Shown here: piece by piece, positions 52,682-61,696 of the stretch
Layout of the letters: each line of letters opens with the position of its first letter
How positions within the stretch are numbered: the first letter of the stretch is position 1
From: Oceanispirochaeta sp.
GTDB taxonomy: Bacteria > Spirochaetota > Spirochaetia > DSM-2461
DNA: 64,000 nucleotides
NCBI GenBank assembly: GCA_963666275.2
Contig: CAXXOA010000003.1
Location: 42,653 to 106,652, forward strand
Direction: 5' to 3'
Made by a program: the position numbers and the translations under genes
The notes under the pieces: generated by a model
Seen by the model: the letters and a program-made list of their open reading frames with translations, nothing else
What the model was told of the DNA's origin: nothing
The model's database searches: none

Positions 52682-54481
52682 ATGAGTTACAGGCAGAAAA
52701 TCCCATGGGTGTTTCTCATTGCTCTCATCCTGTCTACAGGGATAAATCTGTCCGGGCAGGAGGGGGCTGAGCTGACTCAGGAAGAGGCCCGGTGGCTCAG
52801 AGAGGAGCACACCGTTCGCATCAGAATTGGGGACTGGCCGCCTTTCATGATCTATGAAGAGGGAGATATCAGCGGGATTTCCATTGATTTTATTGAGGAC
52901 ATATTCCATTACTACGATATCGATTTTGAATATATAAGCCCGGAAGTCTATACCTGGTCGGAGGCTCTGGAATCCCTAGCTTCCCGGGAGGATATTGATC
53001 TTCTGCCCACAGCCAAGATTACAGAGGAACGGTCCCGTCAGATGCTGTTTTCCCGGGAGTATATTTCTCCCCCCTGGGTGATTTTTACAAGGAAAGACTC
53101 TCCGGCTGTGCAGGGAATTCAGGATCTCAGCGGCAAAACCCTGTCGGTTCAGTACGGTTACTATATGCACGATCTGCTCAAAAAGGATTACCCGGATATC
53201 CATCTGCGGGTTTATGACGGTCCGACTTCCACCCTGGACAGTCTCAAGGCTCTGGCTGTGGGGGAGGTGGATGGTTTTGTAGGAAACCTGGCCACAGGGA
53301 GCTATCTTATAAATCAGGAGCACCTGTATGACCTGAAGGTCGCTGCCCCCACTCCTTTCGGTACCCACAGCAACGCCATGGCGGTCAGGAGTGACTGGCC
53401 CGAGCTGGTGTCAATTATCAACAAAGGGCTGGAACGTATGACGAAAGAGGAGAAAAATGCCATTTTCGGTCAGTATTATTCTGTGGAATATGACTACGGC
53501 ATAGGTCCTCAGACTGTATTGAAGTGGCTTCTGATTGCCTTTCCTGGGCTATTTATCATCGCCTATACGGTTATCCATTCCTACAGAAAAATGAATCGGG
53601 AGATCCATTCCAGAGGGGTCCTTCATGGAGAGCTTTCCGATTATATCGATCTGGTGGATCATAATGTGCTCTCTCTGAAGTGCCGCCCCGACTGGATCAT
53701 TACCAAGGTTTCCGAGGCTTTCTGCACCTTGAGCGGATACAGTGAAAAGGAAATTCTGGGCCGCCGGCTCAAAGACTTTCTCAATCCCGATACCTCCGAA
53801 GAGTGGCTTGAAGAGTGCCGGCAGAAGCTGAAGCAGGGGGAGTCTCTCGAGGGGGAGCTCCAGACCAGAAAAAAAGAAGGCCCCTGCTTCTGGGTGAAGT
53901 ACTCCATGTTTCCCGATCATCCCCGGGAGGGGGAGGACCAGGGATACACGCTTCTCGGCCAGGATATAAGCGATAAGAAAATCATAGAAGCTCTTTCCAT
54001 CCGGGATAAACTGACAGGCCTTTTCAACCGTCTGAAGCTGGATGATGTTTTTTCCTATGAAATCCGCCTATCCCGAAGGCATGAAAGAGCTCTTTCCATT
54101 ATTCTGTCCGATCTGGACGGATTTAAGCAGATCAATGACAGTTACGGGCACAGCACCGGAGACCGCTACCTTTATCAGTACGGACAGATTTTAAATTCCT
54201 GCATCCGCTGCTCCGATACCCTGGGGCGCTGGGGAGGCGATGAGTTTCTGATTATATGCCCGGATCTGCCGGAAGAGCAGACTCCCGGTGTTCTCAGGAA
54301 GCTCCAGAATGCTCTTGAGAAGAACCATTTTGAGGGCATCGGTCCCATCTCCGCCAGTTTCGGTGCGGCTTCCTTCCGGGAGGGGGACGATGAGGTTGAA
54401 ATGCTCAACCGGGCGGATAAGGAACTTTACAGGAATAAGTCCCGCAGATCAGCCGGGCCAGAAAAGGAACAGGAAGGGTAG
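52682..54481 (+). CDS. Diguanylate cyclase with periplasmic SBP_bac_3-type ligand-binding domain, TM, PAS and GGDEF
   Basis: 599 aa. After a signal/TM segment comes an amino-acid-binding-protein-like domain (residues ~40-265), then TM, PAS, and GGDEF with an intact active site (RWGGDEFLI). Confidence 0.9.
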   Translation: MSYRQKIPWVFLIALILSTGINLSGQEGAELTQEEARWLREEHTVRIRIGDWPPFMIYEEGDISGISIDFIEDIFHYYDIDFEYISPEVYTWSEALESLASREDIDLLPTAKITEERSRQMLFSREYISPPWVIFTRKDSPAVQGIQDLSGKTLSVQYGYYMHDLLKKDYPDIHLRVYDGPTSTLDSLKALAVGEVDGFVGNLATGSYLINQEHLYDLKVAAPTPFGTHSNAMAVRSDWPELVSIINKGLERMTKEEKNAIFGQYYSVEYDYGIGPQTVLKWLLIAFPGLFIIAYTVIHSYRKMNREIHSRGVLHGELSDYIDLVDHNVLSLKCRPDWIITKVSEAFCTLSGYSEKEILGRRLKDFLNPDTSEEWLEECRQKLKQGESLEGELQTRKKEGPCFWVKYSMFPDHPREGEDQGYTLLGQDISDKKIIEALSIRDKLTGLFNRLKLDDVFSYEIRLSRRHERALSIILSDLDGFKQINDSYGHSTGDRYLYQYGQILNSCIRCSDTLGRWGGDEFLIICPDLPEEQTPGVLRKLQNALEKNHFEGIGPISASFGAASFREGDDEVEMLNRADKELYRNKSRRSAGPEKEQEG

Positions 54482-55381
54482 AAAAAGCAGATAAAACACT
54501 GTGGAGACCGCTATGGCATGGGCGGTGATCTCCGAGTCGAGGCTGAATATATCTGTCAGGATCAGTGATGCCACTCCCAGCGGGGCCAGAGCATTTATGA
54601 TAAGCACCTGCCTCGAATAGGCATCGAACAGAGGAATCCGGATTACTAACAGGATAATTGCTATCCAGACTGCCAGGCGGACAATAAGAAACAGGATAAA
54701 GGGTTTCACCGATTTGAAGGCTTCTCCCAGGGATATGGAGAGGCCCATTCCAAAGAGTATGACGGGAATGCCCATATTGCCGAAGGTTCCTGTTACGGAT
54801 GTGAGCCATTCGGGAAGAGGCAGCTGTGTGATCCCTATAAACAGCCCGAGAAGGATCATGCTGAGCATGGCCAGTATATTTCTGGCAATCTCTTTCCTGT
54901 CGAAATCTTTTTTCTTATCAAGGCCCATAACCTTTACAGTCAGAAGACCGTAAAGGAACGTGGCCGGCCAGTAGAAGGAAGTAAAAAAGAGCCCCCGCTG
55001 CATCCCTTCCGGTCCAATGAGGATATTCTGGATCTGCCAGCAGATGTATCCCACATTCCCTCCGAAAAAGAGAAAACTCATCTCGGCTTTGTAAGTCTGC
55101 AGCCATGTGAGGCGGGGCGTGAAGCGGAGTATCAGAAGAAACAGGCACCAGGCCGCCCCCATAACAAAAAATATGCCCAGCGACATGGGCAGGAACTGAC
55201 CGGCCGTGGTGGCTGTCATTTTTCTCAGGGATTCAAACGCCATAACAGGCAGGGCTATCCGGATGGCAAATTTCTGGATAACCGGTCGGTCTTCCGCTTT
55301 TATATAGCCGGTAGCTCTGCAGATCATCCCCATTATGATTGGTATAAATATGCCGCTCAGGGCCTTGATTATCAGGTTCAT
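54449..55381 (-). CDS. AEC (auxin efflux carrier) family permease
   Basis: 310 aa with about 10 TM helices. Its 3' end overlaps the convergent cyclase gene by 33 bp. Confidence 0.8.
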   Translation of the reverse strand: MNLIIKALSGIFIPIIMGMICRATGYIKAEDRPVIQKFAIRIALPVMAFESLRKMTATTAGQFLPMSLGIFFVMGAAWCLFLLILRFTPRLTWLQTYKAEMSFLFFGGNVGYICWQIQNILIGPEGMQRGLFFTSFYWPATFLYGLLTVKVMGLDKKKDFDRKEIARNILAMLSMILLGLFIGITQLPLPEWLTSVTGTFGNMGIPVILFGMGLSISLGEAFKSVKPFILFLIVRLAVWIAIILLVIRIPLFDAYSRQVLIINALAPLGVASLILTDIFSLDSEITAHAIAVSTVFYLLFLPFLFLFWPG

Positions 55382-55511
55382 AGGTTTTCATTGAATCTTT
55401 TATCCAGATTCGGGTCAAGTAGAGAAGAAAAATAAATTCTTTCTTGTATCCTCTCAGATAAAAAACTAGCATTCATTATAAGGGAGCTGAACTTCCTCAC
55501 AGGATAAAGGA

Positions 55512-57617
55512 ATGAAACTATTAAAAAAGTATCTGATTCTCTGTTTCTCCGCCGGAACTCTGCCCATTCTATTTATAATTTTCAGTATGCCCGAAATTTC
55601 AAGCCCCTACAGAAAATCCTGGGCGATCATTCTGATCCTCTGTTTTGTGGCCATAACTCTCATTCTGGCAATATCATTTCTGTCGGGGAGAAGTTTTCAC
55701 AGAAGGTTCAGGAACATCCTCCGGTCCGTGGAAAATCTGACGTCCCTTGAAAAGCTTGATCCCTTCGTCGATGAAGGAAATGATGAGCTCGCCGAACTTG
55801 TATTCAGTCTGAACGAGTCTTTCCGTAAACTTCTGAAACTCCGTCATGAAAATGAGATCGCCATCCGTTCTCTCAAAAAAAGCAATGACCATCTGAGCGA
55901 GAGCAATCAGAGGTATCAGCTGGCAGTAGACGGAGCCAACGATGCGATCTGGGACTGGGATATTCAATCGGATCAGCTCTATATCTCCCACCGGTGGCAT
56001 GAGTTTCTCGGTTTGAAAGATACCGAAAAGATGGACACCATGCAGGCCTGGCTGGAGGCAATCCTCCCTCAGGACAGGGACGGGGTTCGGCAGGGGCTGC
56101 GGGATCATCTGAATGGGGAAACCCCCCTCTTTTCTGCGGAATACCGAATCATAAACCGCATTACCGGTCTGAAATGGATTCTTACAAGGGGGCTGGCTTT
56201 CCGCAATGAACAGGGAATTGATATCCGGATGGCCGGATCTCACACGGATATCACCAACAGCAGACGCCTTCAGGAACGTCTGCAGTACAATGCCTTTCAT
56301 GATGATCTGACAAATCTTCCCAACCGTATGAAGCTGCGGGAGAGGATTCAGGATGTCCTTTTGAGAGCCGAGAGGGATCCGAACTTCAGCTTCACCCTGC
56401 TTTATCTGGACTTTGACGGTTTCAAGCATATCAATGATTCATTCGGTCATAATACGGGAGACATGCTCCTGAAATCCATTGCCGAAAGGCTGACATTCTG
56501 TACGAGACCCCTGGATCTGGTATCCCGGATCGGGGGAGATGAATTTGTCATTCTTCTGGACGGCATCTCCGATCAGGATCATATCACAAAAGTCCTGGAC
56601 AGGATCAATTCCCAGATCAGCAAACCCTTTCTGATAGACGGAAGGACCATTTTCATCTCCGCCAGTATCGGTGTGAACACCCTGGACAGAGAATGCACAA
56701 AGCAGCCTGACGAACTGATCCAGAGGGCGGACATTGCCATGTATCATGCGAAAAACAGAGGCAAAGCCCGGGCTGTCTTTTATGAATCCTCCATGGGGAG
56801 CTGTGAAAAACGAAGGTTCCTCCTCGAAAACGATATGCACAAAGCCCTGGGAAGTCAGGCCATGCATATCCATTATCAGCCTGTCGTGGCTGCGCGGACG
56901 GGAGCTCTCTACGGCATGGAAGCTCTTCTCCGCTGGGACCATCAGGACCATGGCATGATCTCTCCGGGGGAGTTTATTCCCATAGCCGAGGAAACAGGTT
57001 TCATCAACAGGATTACCCAGTGGCTACTGCTGGAGGTCTGCCGGCAGGCCTGCCTTCTCAACAGAGATGCCCTGCTGCCTATCCGTTGCGCCATTAATGT
57101 TTCCTCCAAGGATTTCCACTGCAGCGAGGGGCTGGATATTCTGATCGGGAAAGCCATGGAGCAGACTGGCTGCTCTCCCGAGTGGATTGCCATTGAGGTT
57201 ACCGAAGGGGTGCTTATAAAGGATTTTGAGCTGGTGTCTCTTCAGCTGAAGAGGATTGATGAGATGGGGATCATCATTGAACTGGACGATTTCGGAACCG
57301 GCTATTCCTCCCTTTCCTATCTGAATAAATTCCCTCTGAAAATTCTCAAAGTCGACCGGTCCTTTATCATGACCATGGAGGAGTCCTCCTCCAGTCTGAA
57401 ACTGGTCCAGACCATTATCCACATGGCAAAAGATCTGGGAATGAAAACCATTGCCGAAGGGGTGGAAACCGGGGGACAGCTGGAATCTCTTGTCAATCTG
57501 GGCTGCGATTATATACAGGGATTTTATATTTCCAAGCCTCTGAACAGAGAAACTCTCCCGGGCTTCCTTGCCCGGTTCAACCGCAATGACGCCGGTGCTT
57601 ATTATTCCTACATGTGA
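55512..57617 (+). CDS. Membrane-anchored HAMP-like/PAS/GGDEF/EAL c-di-GMP turnover protein
   Basis: 701 aa with two N-terminal TM helices and a PAS domain (AVDGANDAIWDWD). The GGDEF site is RIGGDEFVI. The EAL domain has EALLRW, EVTE and DDFGTGYSSLSYL intact. Confidence 0.9.
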   Translation: MKLLKKYLILCFSAGTLPILFIIFSMPEISSPYRKSWAIILILCFVAITLILAISFLSGRSFHRRFRNILRSVENLTSLEKLDPFVDEGNDELAELVFSLNESFRKLLKLRHENEIAIRSLKKSNDHLSESNQRYQLAVDGANDAIWDWDIQSDQLYISHRWHEFLGLKDTEKMDTMQAWLEAILPQDRDGVRQGLRDHLNGETPLFSAEYRIINRITGLKWILTRGLAFRNEQGIDIRMAGSHTDITNSRRLQERLQYNAFHDDLTNLPNRMKLRERIQDVLLRAERDPNFSFTLLYLDFDGFKHINDSFGHNTGDMLLKSIAERLTFCTRPLDLVSRIGGDEFVILLDGISDQDHITKVLDRINSQISKPFLIDGRTIFISASIGVNTLDRECTKQPDELIQRADIAMYHAKNRGKARAVFYESSMGSCEKRRFLLENDMHKALGSQAMHIHYQPVVAARTGALYGMEALLRWDHQDHGMISPGEFIPIAEETGFINRITQWLLLEVCRQACLLNRDALLPIRCAINVSSKDFHCSEGLDILIGKAMEQTGCSPEWIAIEVTEGVLIKDFELVSLQLKRIDEMGIIIELDDFGTGYSSLSYLNKFPLKILKVDRSFIMTMEESSSSLKLVQTIIHMAKDLGMKTIAEGVETGGQLESLVNLGCDYIQGFYISKPLNRETLPGFLARFNRNDAGAYYSYM

Positions 57618-57705
57618 AAGCACTCTGTTATTTTTTTGAAAGTTTCAAACAGCTTTTCTTTACTCTTCAGAAGAGACGTTTTTTGTTTTCATAGAGGCGA
57701 AAACC

Positions 57706-57713
57706 TGTATAAT
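57706..57713 (+). promoter_or_regulatory. Extended -10 promoter element TGTATAAT, only 7 nt before the kinase ATG (57721)
   Basis: Read directly. There is no SD between it and the ATG. Confidence 0.45.
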
Positions 57714-57720
57714 ATGCTCT

Positions 57721-59235
57721 ATGGAAAGATTAATTCTCGCCCATGATCTGGGCACATCAGGTAATAAAGCAAGCCTCTTCTCCGAGTCTGGAGAACTGAT
57801 CGGCAGTTGTACAGAATCCTACGGAACAGAATATATGCCCCAGGCACGGGCGGAACAGAACCCCGAAGACTGGTGGCGGGCAGTCAGGGACTCCACAGCC
57901 AGGCTCCTGGCGGGAATAGACGATAAGAACAGAATCAGTGTCATCTCATTCAGCGGCCAGATGCAGGGCTGTCTCTGTGTGGATAAAAAAGGGAATCCTC
58001 TGAGGAACTCCCTTATCTACAGTGATCAGAGGAGCGGAGAACAGGCTGCCACCCTGGTGGAGAAACTGGGAGCCTATCCCTTCTTCCAGATGACAGGGCA
58101 CAAGGCCAGTTCCTCCTACTCTCTGAGCAAGCTCATGTGGATCCGGGACAATGAACCGGAGATTTTCCGCCATACCCATAAAATGCTTCAGGCAAAGGAT
58201 TATATCACCCTTAAAATGACAGGCAACTTCATTGCGGAATACAACGACGCTTCAGGAACCAATGCAATGGACCTGAAATCGCTGAACTGGTCTGATACCA
58301 TCCTGGACGCCGCCGGAATAGACAGGGCCCTTCTGCCTGATCTTCTGCCTTCCGACGGAATCGCCGGAACTCTGCTGCCCGACGTTGCCCGGGAGCTGGG
58401 CCTTCCCGAAGGAATTCCAGTGGTTGCCGGAGCCGGAGACGGCGGCTGTGCCACCATCGGAATCGGATGCGTGGCTCCGGGGATTTCCTACAACTGTCTG
58501 GGGTCCTCCTCCTGGATCTCTACAGCCAGTACTGAACCTCTGAAAGATCCGGAAATGAAGACCTTTACCTGGGCCCATCCTGTCACAGGACTCTATCAGC
58601 CCTGCGGAACCATGCAGACTGCCGGTTCGGCTCTGGCCTGGTTGAAAAGGGAGCTGGGAGGAGATCTGAAGGGAGAAGCCGAAAAAACCGGTCAGTCTTT
58701 CTATGCTCTCCTTGACCGGGCGATAGAGGGTGCAGAACCCGGAGCGGGCGGGCTGCTCTTTCTGCCCTATCTTCTGGGAGAACGGTCTCCCTGGTGGAAC
58801 AGTCAGGCCAAGGGAGTTTTCCTGGGATTGAGTCTGCATACAAGCTATGCCCAGATTGCCAGGGCTGTGATGGAGGGAATCTCCATGAATCTGGGGCTCA
58901 TCAAAGATATCATGAGCCGGGAAATGCCCATGAACTCTCTCAGACTGATGGGGGGAGGAGCCGCCAGCGGGGTGTGGAATTCCATCCTGGCTGATGTGTT
59001 CGGAGTTCCCGTGGAAATCCCCAATCACCTGGAGGAAGCCACATCCATGGGAGCGGCCATCATCGGAGGTGTCGGGGCTGAAATCTTTAAAGATTTTTCC
59101 GCTGCCGAAAGGTTTGTAAAGATTACCGACGTGATAGAGCCTGATAAAAACAGGGCTGACTACTACAGGGAGAGAATCAAAGTTTTCGCCAGGGCCTTTG
59201 AAACCATAGAACCCCTCTTTCCGGATCTGTCCTGA
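57721..59235 (+). CDS. FGGY-family carbohydrate kinase (xylulokinase-like)
   Basis: 504 aa. Motifs: N-terminal LAHDLGTSGNKA, plus GAGDGGCA and GGGAAS. Confidence 0.9.
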   Translation: MERLILAHDLGTSGNKASLFSESGELIGSCTESYGTEYMPQARAEQNPEDWWRAVRDSTARLLAGIDDKNRISVISFSGQMQGCLCVDKKGNPLRNSLIYSDQRSGEQAATLVEKLGAYPFFQMTGHKASSSYSLSKLMWIRDNEPEIFRHTHKMLQAKDYITLKMTGNFIAEYNDASGTNAMDLKSLNWSDTILDAAGIDRALLPDLLPSDGIAGTLLPDVARELGLPEGIPVVAGAGDGGCATIGIGCVAPGISYNCLGSSSWISTASTEPLKDPEMKTFTWAHPVTGLYQPCGTMQTAGSALAWLKRELGGDLKGEAEKTGQSFYALLDRAIEGAEPGAGGLLFLPYLLGERSPWWNSQAKGVFLGLSLHTSYAQIARAVMEGISMNLGLIKDIMSREMPMNSLRLMGGGAASGVWNSILADVFGVPVEIPNHLEEATSMGAAIIGGVGAEIFKDFSAAERFVKITDVIEPDKNRADYYRERIKVFARAFETIEPLFPDLS

Positions 59236-59249
59236 TAAACGGGGGGATC

Positions 59250-59651
59250 CTACCAGAGTTCCGGATCTCCGGCCATGCTCCGGAGGATCCCTCCCCATTT
59301 CTGGGAAACCGGATCTTCCTGTCTGAGCCAGAGATGGGAAAAAGCGGCGAATATTTCCCTTTTATCATTTCTGTGGGATCCTTTCAGGATCCCTGTTTTT
59401 TCTTCCGTATGCATAACCCAGACAGGTCCGCCGTCTTTTTCATATACAAGGGCATTATACAGAGCCACATAGGGGGCTCCCAGCCAGACAAGCCGGAGGG
59501 AGCCGTTGGTGTAGATTCTCTCTCCTGTCAGGTAATTGAGTACTTTGGAAAACTGTTCATCCGCCCAGACTTCTCCGGGGGGGACATTTTCATTCTGTGT
59601 CAGCATTTTCTGACCTCCTGTCATTTTAAATGCAAGAGTAATGCCAGCCAT
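59250..59651 (-). CDS. Hypothetical protein
   Basis: 133-aa ORF convergent with the kinase gene. I recognised no domain, and the start is uncertain (alternative Mets at residues 10 and 16). Confidence 0.5.
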   Translation of the reverse strand: MAGITLAFKMTGGQKMLTQNENVPPGEVWADEQFSKVLNYLTGERIYTNGSLRLVWLGAPYVALYNALVYEKDGGPVWVMHTEEKTGILKGSHRNDKREIFAAFSHLWLRQEDPVSQKWGGILRSMAGDPELW

Positions 59652-59873
59652 CTCCAGGGGAGACTCGGGGGAAAAGGGAGAGTGAATCTGACAGGATTGT
59701 AGGAAAAATCTCTGTTTTTACCATTTGGTTTCTGATTCACTGCAAAAAATCAGCTGAAACTTTTCTCTGAGAGTCTTTCCTGTGATAGTATGAGAAAGAT
59801 GCCCCGGTTCAGTTTTCAGACCGGTAAACGGGTTTGACAGCAGTTTAAGACTTTGTACTACAGGAGAGGAAAT

Positions 59874-60284
59874 ATGGGATATGAGTATTTATGGCGCATC
59901 CATGCCGTGTTAATGGCTTCATCTTTTCTGGCCATGGTAACCGGGATTGTGGTCTCCCTTTTGTTCAAAAAGAAAAAATGGCGTTTTAAAGTGCATAAAA
60001 GGCTGGGGATTTATGCCGGGTCTTCCGGGATTGCCGCACTGGTAATTGCCGGGACCATGGTGCAGATTTACAATGGTGTCCATTTTACCTCGCTCCATGC
60101 CCTATTGGGAGGAATCTCCGCTGTGCTTCTTATCGTGACTCCCCAGCTCGGGCTTGCCATTATGAGAGTCAAAAAGAAAAAGCCTGTCAGGTTAATTCAT
60201 AAAACCCTGGGGTACGTCACTGCCCTTATGATGGGCCTTACAATTTTTTCAGGCTTGCTGTTTATGGGGATTCTCGGAGTTTAA
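59874..60284 (+). CDS. Small four-helix membrane protein with conserved His residues (possible b-type cytochrome-like/DUF)
   Basis: The ORF starts at 59853; ATG 59874 follows AGGAGAGGAAAT. It has four hydrophobic helices with His residues (H10, H41, H70, H75 and H109 counted from Met 59874). This is speculative. Confidence 0.6.
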   Translation: MGYEYLWRIHAVLMASSFLAMVTGIVVSLLFKKKKWRFKVHKRLGIYAGSSGIAALVIAGTMVQIYNGVHFTSLHALLGGISAVLLIVTPQLGLAIMRVKKKKPVRLIHKTLGYVTALMMGLTIFSGLLFMGILGV

Positions 60285-60321
60285 AAATGGCAGCCCTGAA
60301 TACAGAACTGCCTTTTCCTGT

Positions 60322-60966
60322 TTATAGCTCTTTATGACAGAACCACCAGTCGTATCCGTCGTATTTTTTCAGTCGATCCGCTGCGTCTTTCTGGCTGCCG
60401 GGGGGAGGTATGATGACTCTCTTTCCAATCAGTTCATTCTCCGGCCAGTTGGCAGGTATGGCGACGCCGTTTCGGTCTGATGTGATCATGGCTTTAACAG
60501 CTCTTACCACTTCATCAATATTTCTTCCAATCTCCTGAGGATAATATAGGACCAGTCGGGTTTTGCCTTCCGGATCTATCACAAAAACAGCCCGTACTGT
60601 ATTGGTTCCCTTGCCGGGATGGAGCATGCCGAGTTGATTGGCGATGCTATCGTTTGCGGCAATGACAGGATATGTTATTTCCACATCCAGATTTTCTTTA
60701 ATCCATTCAATCCATTTGATATGGCTGAAAACCTGATCAACAGACATTCCTATCAGCTGAACACCCAGCTCATCAAAATCTTTCACTCTGTTCTGAAAGC
60801 CTACAAACTCGGTTGTACATACCGGAGTAAAGTCCGCAGGATGGCTGAACAGGACAAACCACCTTCCTTTCAAATCACCGGGAAGGTTCATCGGTCCATG
60901 GGTCGTATTCACCTGAATCTCAGGGAACGGATCCCCCAGCAGGGGCATGTTGAATTCTTTTTCCAT
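60322..60966 (-). CDS. Peroxiredoxin (1-Cys/Prx6-type, AhpC/TSA family)
   Basis: The ORF extends to 60981; ATG 60966 follows GGGAGAG. Peroxidatic Cys context: [12 protein letters not shown]. Confidence 0.9.
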   Translation of the reverse strand: MEKEFNMPLLGDPFPEIQVNTTHGPMNLPGDLKGRWFVLFSHPADFTPVCTTEFVGFQNRVKDFDELGVQLIGMSVDQVFSHIKWIEWIKENLDVEITYPVIAANDSIANQLGMLHPGKGTNTVRAVFVIDPEGKTRLVLYYPQEIGRNIDEVVRAVKAMITSDRNGVAIPANWPENELIGKRVIIPPPGSQKDAADRLKKYDGYDWWFCHKEL

Positions 60967-61002
60967 TGTTTTCTCTCCCATAAAATATTTCTTCTATTCG
61001 GG

Positions 61003-61431
61003 TTACTTCACAGATGAGCTGATAAACCAGATCTCTTTCCGGAGAAATCCGATAGTTTCGGCAAAAAAGGCTTCTGTAACAGCATCATCTGCAGCGGCAG
61101 CTTCTTTCCTTGTTATTTCAAACTCTTTAACAAGATATTCAAAACTCTCTTTGACTTTTGAAAGCACTTCCGCGGTAGTAAACTCTGTTTCTGTCTCTTC
61201 TTTGACTTCTGCCAGCTTCATGTACTGGGAAACTGTGACAGGTGGTTTTTCTCCTTTCATAAGAAGCCCCTCTGCCAGATCATCAAAAAGGACGGCCAGT
61301 TTTTCATAGTAGGCTTCAGTCATCTCATGTATGGATTTGAACTGGAGCCCTTTGACATTCCAGTGGTAGTTGTGAAAATTCACATACATTACGTGAACAT
61401 CCGCAATGTGCTTATTTATTCTTTCATTCAT
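61003..61431 (-). CDS. dps: Dps-family ferritin-like DNA-protection protein
   Basis: The ORF extends to 61527, but ATG 61431 (GGAGG SD at ~61438-61442) gives a 142-aa protein. Dps ferroxidase context: VNFHNYHWNVKG...FHEMTEAYYE...DDLAE. The longer form would run through the promoter. Confidence 0.88.
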   Translation of the reverse strand: MNERINKHIADVHVMYVNFHNYHWNVKGLQFKSIHEMTEAYYEKLAVLFDDLAEGLLMKGEKPPVTVSQYMKLAEVKEETETEFTTAEVLSKVKESFEYLVKEFEITRKEAAAADDAVTEAFFAETIGFLRKEIWFISSSVK

Positions 61432-61453
61432 AGTTAGCCTCCATTTACAATAT

Positions 61454-61469
61454 TGCAATTGGTATGCCA
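61454..61469 (-). promoter_or_regulatory. Sigma-54 promoter TGGCAT-N5-TTGCA for dps-peroxiredoxin
   Basis: The minus strand reads TGGCATACCAATTGCA. It lies about 22 nt upstream of the dps ATG (61431), with the SD GGAGG in between. Confidence 0.8.
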
Positions 61470-61623
61470 TATTTTTCAAACTGAGCCCAAATATATTCCT
61501 TTCGATTTCGATTTGTTTTAAAGACATATAATATAAACAAATAGAACTTTTGTGGTTTCTTGTAGAACTGGATGGCGTGGGAGATGGTTTTTAATGAAAT
61601 AAAGGAGTAAATTGTGATATACT

Positions 61624-61671
61624 GAAATATCGGTTAATGGAAAACGAAATATCGGTGTTTGCGATATTTCG
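61624..61671. promoter_or_regulatory. Candidate UAS for the GAF/sigma-54 activator: GAAATATCGG direct repeat (61624-61633, 61646-61655) and perfect inverted repeat CGAAATATCG-N7-CGATATTTCG (61645-61671)
   Basis: Read directly. It lies ~155-215 bp upstream of the sigma-54 promoter. Confidence 0.6.
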
Positions 61672-61696
61672 GTATCTATCCCGAGGAGGTGCCTTT

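Noticed and set aside
57663-57690. CTCTTC-A-GAAGAG followed by a T-run as a terminator for the GGDEF-EAL gene.
   Set aside because: The stem is at most 5-6 bp with an impossibly small loop. This is too weak to call, although the T-rich tract may still contribute to termination.
58252-59298. A 348-aa minus-strand ORF.
   Set aside because: It is antisense to the FGGY kinase gene. The translation is Gly/Pro/Ser-rich with no motif and no SD.
61003-61527. The long 174-aa form of the Dps ORF.
   Set aside because: The extension would be translated through the sigma-54 promoter and the SD. Dps-family homology begins at MNERINKH (ATG 61431).
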